NCBI GenBank assembly: GCA_963713605.1
Contig: CAVQMO010000010.1
Location: forward strand, 480,001 to 544,000
Source: an uncultured Nitrososphaerales archaeon
Lineage (GTDB): Archaea; Thermoproteota; Nitrososphaeria; Nitrososphaerales; Nitrososphaeraceae
DNA length: 64,000 nucleotides
Direction of reading: 5' to 3'
This document shows, piece by piece, positions 45,282 through 56,795 of this stretch. The stretch's first letter is position 1. The number at the start of each line of letters is the position of its first letter. The position numbers were made by a program, and so were the translations under genes. The notes under the pieces are model-generated. The model saw only the letters and a program-made list of their open reading frames with translations. It made no database searches and was not told the DNA's origin.

Positions 45282-45961
45282 AACTACTAATGCAGAGAGT
45301 AAAAGATAAAGTTATACATACAACCACGCAACTAGACGACCCCATATTCACTTGAGGCAGACATATTTACTTATTAGATGCAAAATAAACAGGTTAGCTC
45401 CGATGATGAATTTTGCGTAATTTTATTGGTTATTCTTGAAATAATCTATTTATTAATCTAGCTGTGGAAGTGACTGGATTCCCGAAGTCAAGCAATGACA
45501 TCCATAATCAGTTACGGAGGCAGGCAGCAGAAAAACTAACTACTATTCGATTTAAAATATTATAATTAATCACTACAGTATGAAGAATTTCTGAAATTGA
45601 TATAGTAATATCTCTTTAGATTACCTGCTAAACTACTAATTTCTTTTATATCATTAAATTCATTTCTTCTATGTACTGCTATTCCCAAGGAACGCAATTC
45701 ATTCAACCACTACTCATATTTTCCAGAGCATTCATGCAGGATGACCAATACAGCCCTTATATTTTTCCCGTTATTATTAGGTGCGAATACATGCTTCAAA
45801 AGGTACATCACATCATATTAGGTACGTCTAGTAAACTTGAATACTTACTACACTTTTTATGGTAGATGGCAGGCGTAGGGGGTTCACCTACGGCTTGTTA
45901 ATAAATATAAATAAATACGATTACCACTAATTACTAGTAATGAAGGTGAGATGGTCAAGAA

Positions 45962-46225
45962 ATGTCTTACCAACAACAACAACAACAACAAGCGGAACAA
46001 CAAGTTCCGGTTAAAAGAAGGTACAAGAGAAACTAAGAAAAAAGATGCACAATCGAACAATATTTCAGCTGCTAGAACAATTGCTGAGATTCTGAAATCT
46101 GGCCTAGGACCTAGAGGAATGGACAAGATGCTTGTGAATTCACTTGAGGACGTAACAATTACAAATGATGGTGCAACGATTCTCAAAGAGAATTGATGTG
46201 CAACATCTTGCTGCAAAGATGACAT
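45962..46225 (+). pseudogene. Thermosome (group II chaperonin) N-terminal fragment with poly-Gln (CAA)7
   Basis: [13 protein letters not shown] / LKEG...[21 protein letters not shown]...[14 protein letters not shown] / IDVQH.AAKM, then sequence ends. Confidence 0.9.
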
Positions 46226-46258
46226 GTATCTATTCAAAGGGATTTAAATCTCTGTGAT

Positions 46259-47254
46259 GTGTATTTATCTATAATAAGGTGTATTCGGTTTGTGCTTAAA
46301 AACTGTAACATAAGCGATATTTGTAGAAGAAAGCATTCCCATATTCATATTCTGACTGACCCAACAAATGGAGAAGTTATCTGTATCGATTGTGGAGCAG
46401 TCATTGCTGAAACTGGTCCTGAGTGGAGTGCTTTTGCTTACGTTGAACTCAATTTAAAAGGTAGGGCGGGAATGCCAGTGTCTTTAGCCATACATGATCA
46501 AGGACTTTCTACAGTGATTGGAAGAAATAAAAGAGATTTTTCTGGCAAAATAATTGATGATTCAACTATGCGGTCACTAATCGAGAGAGTAAGGATCTGG
46601 GATTATCGTACGCAAACCAAGGATTCAAAAGGGTGGAGCCGGAAATATGCATTTCGCCAGCTCGATAATTTAAAGGAAAAACTGTCATTACCTTATCCTG
46701 TGGTGGAGAAGGCGGCTTATATTTACAGAAAAGCTCAACGAAATGACATAGTAAGAGGTAGAACTATAACTGGGGCGATGGCAGCGTGTGTATACATTGC
46801 ATGTAGAGAAGCTGGAATACCAAGAACATTTGACGAAGTGGCGAGAACCACTAATATTACACGTAAAGGGGTCTCAAATGCGTATATTGCAATAGTGTTA
46901 GGACTAGAGCTTAAGATACCATTGATAGATCCTATTATGTATTTAGTTAAACTGGCCAATAAGACACATGTTGACGAAAAGATAAAAAGATATGCCTTAG
47001 GCTATTTGAAGCAGATCATAGATAGCAATATATCAGCTGGCAAAGATCCAATGAGTATTGCAGCAACAGTTCTCTACCTTGCATGCTTGAAGTATGGTGA
47101 TGAGAGTAAAACTCAAAGGTACTTCGCTGAAGCAGCTGGCATATCAGATGTCACAATAAGGAATAGACGCCAAGAACTACAAAACAAGATCCCCTCTATG
47201 ACTTCAAAAAATAGTAAATCAAGGCGAGAGACTGATCAGGATCACGAACTCTAG
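46259..47254 (+). CDS. tfb: Transcription initiation factor IIB paralogue (start probably somewhat downstream)
   Basis: TDP.NGEVIC.DCG.V Zn ribbon, GPEW.AF, HD.GLST.I, two cyclin repeats (RGRT...AAC.YIACR; AGKDP...AA..LYLAC; TIRNR). Confidence 0.95.
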   Translation: MYLSIIRCIRFVLKNCNISDICRRKHSHIHILTDPTNGEVICIDCGAVIAETGPEWSAFAYVELNLKGRAGMPVSLAIHDQGLSTVIGRNKRDFSGKIIDDSTMRSLIERVRIWDYRTQTKDSKGWSRKYAFRQLDNLKEKLSLPYPVVEKAAYIYRKAQRNDIVRGRTITGAMAACVYIACREAGIPRTFDEVARTTNITRKGVSNAYIAIVLGLELKIPLIDPIMYLVKLANKTHVDEKIKRYALGYLKQIIDSNISAGKDPMSIAATVLYLACLKYGDESKTQRYFAEAAGISDVTIRNRRQELQNKIPSMTSKNSKSRRETDQDHEL

Positions 47255-47919
47255 ATCATCATATTCATATTACATACTACCTCATGTATAGATAATTTAG
47301 ATCTGCAAGTACTCTTGTCCTATATGTGCACAGGTTTTTAATTATTGGAGCATCATGTGTTAGTATAATTCTTCTTATTTTTTCCCATTTAATTTAATAT
47401 TTACAATATTTCATTTAATGATGATCTATGATTTATTTTTTTTATCACAGCAGATGCTACTGCCGTGGAATAGTGAGAAGCTGTGTTATTAATGCGGCCA
47501 AGATAATCGAGTTCTTACATGAAGAAAGGATAAGAAGAGTTCACTCCTAACTTGAGTTGCAGGTATCTGAGTATGCCTTATTCATAACTTAGGCTTTGAC
47601 ATGAAAGATTGGTTATAAGCCCTTTGGCTTGGGATTTGAGGCACTGATTGGTTAACTAATATAACCTCAGCTCGTCCAAGGCAATCTTGTCTTTTATTCT
47701 CATGAAGTAATCTGCTATGTGGTCAGCATCCTGGCCAGCAGAAATTTCTCAAATATTCAGTGCTCTTAAGCGTGTAGCTTGCTGTAATATCTTCACGAAA
47801 GTATCTCTGTCTGTTAGAGCATGAAGTAGATCGTGATTATCTCTTATCTGGATCTTTGGATTTTCCTTTCTCATGATCTGCAGGTATACTCAAAACCTCA
47901 AAGACCTGTTACAAACTCC

Positions 47920-48200
47920 TTATTCCACACAGATTCCAGGTACTGCAACTTTCTTGAACAGATGAGGAGATGCCACTGTACTGGCATCTTGAAATGTTCG
48001 ACAGATTCCCAAACTACGTAGTTAATGAAGGTACCGCTTCCACCTATACCTTTGTGTAGTTGTGTCGAGATGAATCCTGGCTGCTCCTTAAATTTCCCAG
48101 CTTCAGTTGCCCATCCTTTTAGAAACTGATCGAATTCCTCAGGGTCTATACTGAATTTGTTCATCAATATAACTGGACCAACATCTTCTTCCATCTGCGT
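47920..48200 (-). pseudogene. Antibiotic-biosynthesis-monooxygenase-like protein, N-truncated with internal deletion
   Basis: PVILMNKF, QPGFISTQLHKGIGGSGTFINY.VWES; SPHLFKKVAVPGIC in another frame. Confidence 0.8.
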
Positions 48201-48414
48201 ATGAAGTAGAGAAATCAGAAGTCCAAGAATAAATCAAGCCAATACGAAAGAAGATGAAAGCGTGACAGAGATCCATATGCTAACTAATTATGCAAACCAC
48301 AAATAATGTGTTTATGCTGGATGCTTTCTCCTCTAATTCTCATACACTATATGATGTTAATTGTTGTTATATATTGGCAAAATGGATTAGATGTATATGT
48401 TAGTTGAATGAAGG

Positions 48415-48825
48415 CTAACCTGTAACTTTTCTTAGTTCCTCAAGTAGCATTATTAGCTCGTCTTCATTTCCAACTACATGATCTGAAAAGTTCACCGGCC
48501 ATGGAGTGGGAACAGGGTCATTTGCCAGTAGAATCACTTTCTTATTTGAGTTCTTTGCTATATACATTTCAATCCCAGTACCATAACTTGGTCTATCTGC
48601 TACTACAACAATAACGTCTGCCTTTTCCATGAACTGTAAATCATGGCTCACGATCTGTTGTGATAGCTCTTTCTTATCCCTGAAATCTCGAATATCTGAA
48701 TAATCCATTCCTTTATGTACTAGGTGATCAACTATATCAATTCCTTTTTGATGAAGAGCAGCATACATTCGTCTTATTTTATCAACACCGCCATAACCTA
48801 TCGATCCACATACCATTACTCTCAA
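48415..48825 (-). CDS. Nucleoside 2-deoxyribosyltransferase-like protein
   Basis: DL..MEKADVIVVV...PSYGTGIEM..A. Confidence 0.8.
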   Translation of the reverse strand: MRVMVCGSIGYGGVDKIRRMYAALHQKGIDIVDHLVHKGMDYSDIRDFRDKKELSQQIVSHDLQFMEKADVIVVVADRPSYGTGIEMYIAKNSNKKVILLANDPVPTPWPVNFSDHVVGNEDELIMLLEELRKVTG

Positions 48826-49326
48826 ATGATCTCATTTTATAGCTAATGTTATAATGTATATTTCGGTCTGTATGTCCACGACCTATCTATTTAGCTATGA
48901 CATACATCGAATATGCTTAAGCATTGTTCACAAAAGTATTTTTCACGTGAAGTACGAATAACTTTGACATCTCTATTCGTTCGGAAGCAGCTGTTACATC
49001 TTAGGATGAAATCATTAGTATCAGGATCCCATTCTTCCATAGATGATTTCTAATCTTTGAAGGTATTTAATAGTGTGTTGTAAGCCGTAGGTATGCGAAA
49101 AGTAATGTCTGCAGTATTTGATACGGCCAATGGATATTCTAATATTATTTATTACGCTTGATACAATCTAACTTCTGTTCTAAGACCCCTTTGAGAACAT
49201 AGGGCAATAAAGCACCACTTAAAAGTGGATTCTCTCAAGAAGTATGACAAAAATAATTAGTGTGATAGGAATCAATAAAAGCGTAGATAACTGAATGTAA
49301 ATAGATACAATAACTGCAATCATTTT

Positions 49327-49632
49327 ATGTCTGGACCTGTACTACACGACAAAATACAAATAAAAGAAAGAAGAGAGAGTGTTTTGGTTCTTCTTACTAA
49401 GGGGATGAAAGGCTATGAAATAGCCAAAGAATTAGACGTTGATGCATCGACTGTGAGTAGAGATATCCAATATTTAACCTCCCAATCACATAACTAACTA
49501 AATTCATTGGCTAGGGAAGCCCTTCCATTTATTTATCAAACCTCAATAGAGGGAATAAGAAATATACTCAAAGAATGTTGGAAAATTTATGGTGCTGAGA
49601 GTAACAATAATGATTCTAAGAACAAATATTAG
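49327..49632 (+). pseudogene. HTH protein related to the 24299 family; in-frame TAA at 49495-49497, truncated
   Basis: IKERRESVL.LL.KGMKGYEIAKELDVDASTVSRDIQYL...*...LPF.Y...IEGI..ILKECW. Confidence 0.7.
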
Positions 49633-49973
49633 CATTTTGCGAGATTGAATTTCAAGTAAAGAGATTGTTTAGATTTAGATTCATATCCTTTCTAAAATTA
49701 AAGTGACACCTGAACAAGACCATGACCTACACCCTTTGGATCACTTATTACCACCACTACTAATCAACCATAACATAATAGATATTGCCAACATAACCAA
49801 AGCAAAACCAAATGTAATCTTAACTACTATATTGTCCAGACCTAATATCTCTCTAAAGTCGATCATACTTTTAACTATCTTTAGCAGTAACCTCTGTTAA
49901 CGCCCTTAACGCATATTTCAGTATTATTCTTGTTAATGAGGTAGAATAAATTTGTGACCTAAGCTATTACTTG

Positions 49974-50147
49974 TTAACCTCCTTCTATCCACCCTTTAGT
50001 ATCCAAGAATTTTACATTAACTGTCACCGATACGTCTATCATATCTTCGAATTTGTTTTGTTCATTGTCTGGAATTTCAATGACGATTTTATCATGTTGT
50101 TTATTAACGCGGCTTAGAAATTCAACTTCCCTAAATATGTCTATCAT
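49974..50147 (-). CDS. 57-aa protein, possibly AbrB/SpoVT-like (absent from the ORF track)
   Basis: EFLSRVNKQHDKIVIEIP......F......V.VNV. Confidence 0.45.
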   Translation of the reverse strand: MIDIFREVEFLSRVNKQHDKIVIEIPDNEQNKFEDMIDVSVTVNVKFLDTKGWIEGG

Positions 50148-50576
50148 GACCTCCTATCCCCACTTAACGCATTAAACCTATAAAATTTTCAATAGGTATG
50201 ATGCTATGTCCATCTTTTTTTAATAAATTGTTAGCTTATCTTATCCGCATTAATGCTAATTTGAGAACTTATTGTATAGGATGATATCATTGGTACTGTT
50301 GCGGGCATATTAGTATGATGATCATTCATATCTCAGCTAATGAAGGTTTGAATGATGCTCTTTTAGGTGTGATAATAGTATGCAAATAGCAGGTTAAAAA
50401 TTCAAATCTATTACCATAATATTGAATGAGAAAAGGTGGGCTGGGCGGCTTAATCTGTTTGGGAGAGTGCACCGAGAAGTCCTACCATCATGCCTACGTT
50501 GATGCAGTCAAGAATTTCTTTCCGTGTGGCGGTACTTAATATTGCGGAATACTAAGAACAATCCATTTGTCTACGT

Positions 50577-50792
50577 TTATGTTAGTTCAAGTTTCAATAC
50601 TTCTACTGCGGGAACATTCAGGAGAACTTCGCTTCCATTAAATCCTTCTACAAATGACTTAGGTATCTTAAAGACATGCCTTCCCGTCATTAAAAAAAGT
50701 GAATCCTTATCGATTGCAATAATATTTCCCCTGTCATCATTGTCACTGGAACGCACTCCTTTTAATACCAGTCTATCCCAATTTTGGATCAT
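50577..50792 (-). CDS. Small PRC-barrel-like protein, paralogue 3
   Basis: W..LV.KGVRSSD..D.GNIIA......VFKIPKS.VEGFNGSEV.L. Confidence 0.7.
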   Translation of the reverse strand: MIQNWDRLVLKGVRSSDNDDRGNIIAIDKDSLFLMTGRHVFKIPKSFVEGFNGSEVLLNVPAVEVLKLELT

Positions 50793-50853
50793 TTCTGGTA
50801 TATTACTTATCCATAACTAATTATATAAAATGATCTAAAATCAGAAATCTTCA

Positions 50854-51228
50854 TCATGTAAGCATGGGCAGAATGTCTCTTATTATCTTGTTGTGATCTG
50901 CATCTACCTCGGTTGTAACCAAGAGCAAATGGTTTTCTTCTAACGGAAATGTTATCCTTTTGATTTTCTCATATTCTGACATCGCATATTTTCCTTTACC
51001 GACTTTAGATGCGAGGGAGTTCCTTAAAGCCCATCTGGCTAGGGCTTGCAAATTTGATCTTTTAGTTTCCTCGGGAGATAGGAGATTTGTTATTCCTTCA
51101 CGCTGACCACCATATTTTATCGCACCGGAATCATCACACACACCAGCGAATCTTATCTTGGATTCCAGACCAAGGATGTTTTTGCATAGTCTATCAAAAT
51201 CCATAGTCATAAGGTAATAAATGAACAA
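50854..51228 (-). CDS. Roadblock/profilin-like small protein (DUF6659-like)
   Basis: IRFAGV.D..G....GG.REG...LL...E; GKGKYAM.EYEKIKRITFPL. Confidence 0.75.
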   Translation of the reverse strand: MFIYYLMTMDFDRLCKNILGLESKIRFAGVCDDSGAIKYGGQREGITNLLSPEETKRSNLQALARWALRNSLASKVGKGKYAMSEYEKIKRITFPLEENHLLLVTTEVDADHNKIIRDILPMLT

Positions 51229-51655
51229 ATCTAATAAATATTCTGTTAAATAAATTGGGTAGTATTCTGGGCGAACTGAATTTAATGGAGACTTGTGATT
51301 GTAAGCATCGAAAGTGAAAAGACCCTGTTGATAAGTAGGCCTAGTATGTTGGCAATCGATAAGTAAAATATGACTCCTTCATCACTCTTTACCAGCACCC
51401 TCTAGCACTACCATTTGCCCCCCTCCATAATTACATGATACCAAGCCCCCCGAACCAGGAGAAAACATTTCTGCGGAGGAGGACAAAAACAGTCCACCAG
51501 GTAATTGACCTACTTCAGAAGAAGAATAAGAATTCTTTACATACGTTTGGTCTTCTAACATTACCAAGGATCAAAGCGTAATGAACTCGTATCTGCTTTC
51601 TGTGTATTGCAATTGAAATCGTTATTAATTACACTTACTAATACTCTTTTACAAA

Positions 51656-52288
51656 ATGTCAGCCAGGTTCAACGAGAACGATAGTGGTAGCGGTGCATCA
51701 GCGAATGTTATTGCAATTGCAGGATTAAATCTTGCTTTATCATATGAAAATGCAGCTGTTGATAGACTGGAAAAGAGGTTATCCGAAGGTATAGTGCCAG
51801 AAGTTAAGGATAGGTTGAGACATCATCTTGAGCAGACTAAAGAGCAACAAGAAAGGATAAGAGAAAGGATCAAAGCGTTGGGAGGAAGAGAGCTAGGAAT
51901 GGAGCCTACATATGAAAAAGGTAAATTACCTATACCAGAACCTCCGAAACAACTAAAGATGATGATTGAAAGCACCGGTTCAGAGAAAGAAAGAGAAGTT
52001 TGGGAATCGCTAAATGATTTGATTATAGAAAGAGCAGAAGCTATTATGTATAAAGGAGGAATTCAAGCACTAGAGCTCCTTAAAGCAGATAAAAAAACTG
52101 TTAAGGCCTTAGAGAAGAATTTGAAAGAGGAAGAATCATTTGGAAATTGGTTAGAGAAGAATAACCCAAGGATAGCTAAAAGATTAATGACAATGCAGAT
52201 TGAGGAAAAGAAAAAGTATGGAAAGAAGAAGAAAGTAATAAAGGATGAGAAAGAGGCCGTATCAGCAACAGTAACAGCATCTACATAG
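51656..52288 (+). CDS. Ferritin-like DUF892 family protein
   Basis: ALSYENAA..RL, HHLEQT..Q.ER...RI..LG, E.AE...Y, NLKEEE. Confidence 0.85.
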   Translation: MSARFNENDSGSGASANVIAIAGLNLALSYENAAVDRLEKRLSEGIVPEVKDRLRHHLEQTKEQQERIRERIKALGGRELGMEPTYEKGKLPIPEPPKQLKMMIESTGSEKEREVWESLNDLIIERAEAIMYKGGIQALELLKADKKTVKALEKNLKEEESFGNWLEKNNPRIAKRLMTMQIEEKKKYGKKKKVIKDEKEAVSATVTAST

Positions 52289-52904
52289 GAGATCAACTCT
52301 TTCGTTCTATTGAGAGACTTCTTCAGTCATTCAATAGCTGAGTACGGTTTCATCCTTAAAGATAATTTCTAATTCTCGTTCTGATTGGAGATAAAATACA
52401 ATTGGCAGATGGAACCTCCAAAGAACATTATACTCTTATTATAACAGTTCTTATGATATTTTCATAACCTCATAGCGACGAAGAAGGGCACCTTTGAAAA
52501 TGGGATATGACAAGTATAATTCTAACTGGAGCGCCTGGTGTAGTGAGCAGATGGATGTTGCTCAGAAACTAAAGGATAGTGATGGATGCTAATATCGGGT
52601 TAACTGCAGTAAAGTGAGTGTGTGTTTACAGTGTACATTTCTATATACAACTAAAACAAAAGAACCAGTCAGGTTCAAATGAAGTCAAATTACAATATCA
52701 AGATGGGCTAATTGAAAATGATAGATTCCGTATCTGTGTAAAATCACTTAATTTTGACAAATCATCATGTGATAGTACAGGCGAAGAAAAAAGGACAGAA
52801 CATGTATTCATAAACCTATTCTGAGAAATTCGCCAAATATTCAAGAACAAGAAGGTGAAAGCCAGTCACAAAGTCAAAGCCCACTCTCAGAACAAAGCCC
52901 AGAC

Positions 52905-53110
52905 CACAACCATCATATACCTACCGTTTGGCCCAACGGTCATGGAATACCCATATACAAATGGGTCATATTCTCGCACTTTTGTTCCTTCTGGCGTTTC
53001 ATATTCCCTAACTAAATCTTTAGGAGTGTTTGATTTAAATTGCTTAAATCCTTCTTCGAACTCCCTTTCCATACGATTTCGCATCTCATCAAAGCTCTTA
53101 AATACATTGT
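52905..53110 (-). pseudogene. Archaeal Hsp20 N-terminal fragment
   Basis: FDEM..RMEREF....F......PKDLVREYETPEG.KVRE..PFVYGYSMTVGPNG; alpha-crystallin domain absent. Confidence 0.85.
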
Positions 53111-53625
53111 CAAAAGTCTTTACTGCTAGAGACTTTATAATCAATAGTACAACTCCTTGTAATCCTTCTGTGTATTGAATACAATGCAAGAATTAAGATC
53201 GCTATTGATACTACTCTCAATGGAACTTGATATATTGCAAGAAAATTAGAAGCAATGACACCTATTGTGCCAAATGTGGATATCAGAAGAAAGCCTATCG
53301 ACGAACAACTGCTACATACTCCAGATATGACGCCTAACGCAGATCCTGAAAACAAAGACGCTCTACTAATTCTTATCCTTGAATGTTTGATGACATACAC
53401 ATTCATACTAACCAGTATTCCTAATAGAATAGAAACTATGATAGTCAGGATAAACCCTACAATCGCATCTTCAGGAAGGTAAAAGATCCATATAGGTTCG
53501 AAGAATAGTAATTGATCAAACATATTAAACAGAATCCAGAGGGGGATAGCTACGACAGCAGTTAGAGCTATATAGGATGGGATTGAAAAAACATGCCTAA
53601 CTGATAATGGAAGTAATGATATCAT
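53110..53625 (-). CDS. Multi-pass membrane protein with CxxC, downstream of DsbA
   Basis: Several TM helices; GVCSSCS. Confidence 0.8.
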   Translation of the reverse strand: MISLLPLSVRHVFSIPSYIALTAVVAIPLWILFNMFDQLLFFEPIWIFYLPEDAIVGFILTIIVSILLGILVSMNVYVIKHSRIRISRASLFSGSALGVISGVCSSCSSIGFLLISTFGTIGVIASNFLAIYQVPLRVVSIAILILALYSIHRRITRSCTIDYKVSSSKDF

Positions 53626-53656
53626 TCGTCTTTCTTACAATCCTCTCTTTTACCTT

Positions 53657-54400
53657 CTATTGTCCGGAGTCATCTAACTTTTTGTCTATCACTGATTGAA
53701 ATGCAGGAAAAGGTTGTGCTCCTCTTATCACCTCTGGATCTGAACCGTCGATGCTCTGTACTATGATAAAATTAGGTGTATCAAAAAATCCTTTTGAATT
53801 CGCAAGTTCCACATCTTTATCGATAAATTCCTTATATTTTTGAGTATCAAAACAAGAGTTGAACTGCTCTATATTCAATCCTGGTATTTGAGACGCGAAC
53901 TTCCTCAGGTTCTCTTCATTAACCCATCCTGTATCAATCCCTTGTTGATTTTCATATAACAAATTGTGAAACTGCCAGAACTTTCCTTGATCGTTTGTAC
54001 ATTGAGCAGCTAGATGAGCACCCATGGAATCGAATCCTCTGTTTGGTAAGTGTTTAAATACTAAAGCTACCCGTCCTGTCTGAATATATGTTTCATTTAT
54101 TAGGGGTTCAGTATTTTTTACAAATCTTGCACACAAATGACATTGAAAGTCACTAAAATCAATTATAGTAATAGGAGATGAAGGATCCCCAAGATATGGC
54201 GAACCTTGTTGAATTAATTGTGAAAGAGAGTATTTAGTAGTAGATGGTATTGCAGTCACAAAGGCTGAATCAAAAAACGAATTATGGGAGATCGGTGTAG
54301 AGATGATGACAATCATGATGGGTAACAACAAGATTATCATAATCTTGGAGTTCATAATTTTTTTATTCAATAGTAATACTATTCTTTTTATTATAGACAA
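53657..54400 (-). CDS. DsbA/BdbD-like thioredoxin-fold disulfide oxidoreductase
   Basis: N-terminal TM/signal, LGDP.SPITIIDFSDFQCHLC, QGKFW.FH..LY.NQ, TP.F, GAQPF. Confidence 0.92.
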   Translation of the reverse strand: MSIIKRIVLLLNKKIMNSKIMIILLLPIMIVIISTPISHNSFFDSAFVTAIPSTTKYSLSQLIQQGSPYLGDPSSPITIIDFSDFQCHLCARFVKNTEPLINETYIQTGRVALVFKHLPNRGFDSMGAHLAAQCTNDQGKFWQFHNLLYENQQGIDTGWVNEENLRKFASQIPGLNIEQFNSCFDTQKYKEFIDKDVELANSKGFFDTPNFIIVQSIDGSDPEVIRGAQPFPAFQSVIDKKLDDSGQ

Positions 54401-54888
54401 TGTATAAAGTCATTTTGTCCTATATCTAATAGTTCGAAGTTAAATTCAATGGTGTACGCCCAACTATGTACACAGATAGTATGTCCAACTATGTACACGC
54501 AGCAATTGCTACCCTGCGTTAGCAATTGGCCAGGTGTACAGCTTACTGTGGTCTCTACTTCTCCTTCTTCTGGATCAGGCATTTCAACTGGACAGTCAAA
54601 TGGTGGAGATTTTCAGGTGAATCGTCTGTTGCTAATGGTGTAAATTCTTGCGCTCTCCTCCGGTTAATATTCCGGTCCATGTGAGCTCATCATCTCGCAT
54701 TCATAATATTTATTGTGACTAGTAGCTAATGTTTTTAAAACAAGAGCTTCAGTATCAATTCATTGTCTGTAGTTTTACTACCATCTTGATATACGTTTAA
54801 TCCGATTTAGGATAAGCAAATTTATGCAAAAACATATCAGAAAATCTTAAATTTTACAAAGTGTGTATGATATACATGATGTATATAT

Positions 54889-55473
54889 TTGCGATCGGAA
54901 TCCTGGCCACAGTACCTTGGGGCATCATTATTTCTAACAAGCAACCAATTTTCATTGCCAGACCAGCAAGCGATAGCTCAAGGTCAACAACAGGAAACTG
55001 CAGTCGGCCAAAAAATTGTACAACAAGGTACAGTTAGTTCAGATGTGGACCCTTTGAAGGGACATGAAGGTCACCAAGCAGCAGTAATTCTTCCCCCAAG
55101 GAATGACAGCGCAGTATATTCTGGCACGCTAACATTTACGGCCAGTAAGCCAGTACAGGTAGCAGTAATAAACTTGTACAATTTAGATAATGCAACGACT
55201 GCACGAATACCTGAGAAATTTGGAACTCTTCTTACAGCAGATGCACCATGGAACACCAGCGCTACTGTTACTCCTTTGATGATGAATGTAGAGTATTTAG
55301 ACTCACCCACTATGTCCAAATCTGTACCTTTTGTTGGAAATTTGGTTGCACTTCATACGATGGACGGAGAGCCATTTATTGCAAATTATGTGGTAGCAGC
55401 TAACGTACTTAAACCTCAAATAGTCAATAACCTTGATAGTGCAATGGCCACCACTACAAATTCGACTGGTTAA
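54889..55473 (+). CDS. Secreted hypothetical protein (N-terminus possibly frameshifted)
   Basis: S..DPL.GHEGHQAAVILPPR.D..VYSG.LTFTASKPV.V, ALH...GEPF. Confidence 0.75.
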   Translation: MRSESWPQYLGASLFLTSNQFSLPDQQAIAQGQQQETAVGQKIVQQGTVSSDVDPLKGHEGHQAAVILPPRNDSAVYSGTLTFTASKPVQVAVINLYNLDNATTARIPEKFGTLLTADAPWNTSATVTPLMMNVEYLDSPTMSKSVPFVGNLVALHTMDGEPFIANYVVAANVLKPQIVNNLDSAMATTTNSTG

Positions 55474-55638
55474 TGCTACTGTTCTAGATAATGCCATTAG
55501 AAGTGGAGACTTACATAGTGCATGCGCAATAGACAGAGCAAAGTACCTTATCCATTTTCTTCGTGCTATCCACGAATTGATTCGATTCTCTATATCTGCA
55601 ATGAGAATGCATAATAATATCCGATATTATATTCATTT

Positions 55639-55917
55639 ATGGCTGCAACCACATTTCTGGTCTTTTATAGATTCAAGAGTATGAACAGTGATGAAGCGGC
55701 TAAAGCTAAATCTGAGTGGAATGATCTAAGGAACAATTTACCATCAGGAATAGAACTCGCTGGTGAATATAATCACGCTTGGGGAACTGAATATAATGGA
55801 TTCTTACTATTTGAATCAGAAAGTAGTGATGCATTCCTTGATTGGTGGTCAAAGTTTAAAGACAATATAAGATGGTATATAGAACAAACACATACGATAG
55901 CTGCTAGAAGACGTTAG
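55639..55917 (+). CDS. Small dimeric alpha/beta-barrel-like protein
   Basis: GIEL.GEY.HAWGTEYNGFLLFE. Confidence 0.75.
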   Translation: MAATTFLVFYRFKSMNSDEAAKAKSEWNDLRNNLPSGIELAGEYNHAWGTEYNGFLLFESESSDAFLDWWSKFKDNIRWYIEQTHTIAARRR

Positions 55918-56145
55918 TTAGCAACTACTTGGCGACCGGCCTCAGCATTGTCGCAATTACATAGATAGACCAATCAAGTCAAGTTATGCCTCTACCCAAT
56001 TAATCCGAATCAAATTGGTTTTGTAAGGCATTACAGGGAAAGTTCGTTTTGTCAGAGTTTCCATAAGTTAAAAAATATTAGGTTAATTTTTAATCATATT
56101 CAATTTCGCTGCATTCTTTTCTTCCTTCTTATTCAAAGTTATTTC

Positions 56146-56478
56146 CTAGTGCTTTTTATTCCAATGATCTACAAAATCATCGATTATTGGCTGAAGACAG
56201 CTTTTACATAATTCATTATGCCGTTTTGCAGTTTTTCCAATATTGTTACCATAATTAATGCAATGCCAGCATCCTATAAACGGAGTCAGATAAACTACTC
56301 TATATCCTAAATATCTTGAGGTATATCCCCATGCTTCCCCCACTATGCACATCTCTGGCTTGCAAATAAGCAAATGTAAATCATCCCTATCGAGATCGCT
56401 TTTAATCAAACGTAACTGACACACAATGGACCATAAAACAATAAAAATGGAGCTAACGAAGTTAAGACCCCTTACCAA
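56146..56478 (-). CDS. Hypothetical Cys-containing protein, possibly decayed
   Basis: CIVGEAWGY, GCWHC, F..HWN.KH. Confidence 0.5.
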   Translation of the reverse strand: MVRGLNFVSSIFIVLWSIVCQLRLIKSDLDRDDLHLLICKPEMCIVGEAWGYTSRYLGYRVVYLTPFIGCWHCINYGNNIGKTAKRHNELCKSCLQPIIDDFVDHWNKKH

Positions 56479-56795
56479 TTTTGGTTTTGGACTTGATGTA
56501 TAAGAAAAGAGACAACCAGCAGTGGAGAAATCTATTTAAAAGAAGGAAAAAGACTAGTGTACTTCCATCCTTCTAAAGTAGGAGTTCATCTCTATCTCTA
56601 GCCAATCACTTAGCGCTTTATTCATATTTTTAGTAAAACGATCTTTGTGAGTATACCATTTTATTTGACTTGTACTGACAAATTGTATATAGTTGCCTTT
56701 ATCCAAAAAAATAGGATCGCCACACCTGCACAATTTCTTATCGGATAGACTTCCTTTTCAGGCAGTTAATTTTGATCTTCCCATTTATCCTTAAT

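Noticed and set aside
45951..46196. ORF with a poly-Asn N-terminus
   Set aside because: The (CAA)7 tract reads as poly-Gln from the ATG at 45962; the ORF-track frame is an artefact of a frameshifted thermosome fragment
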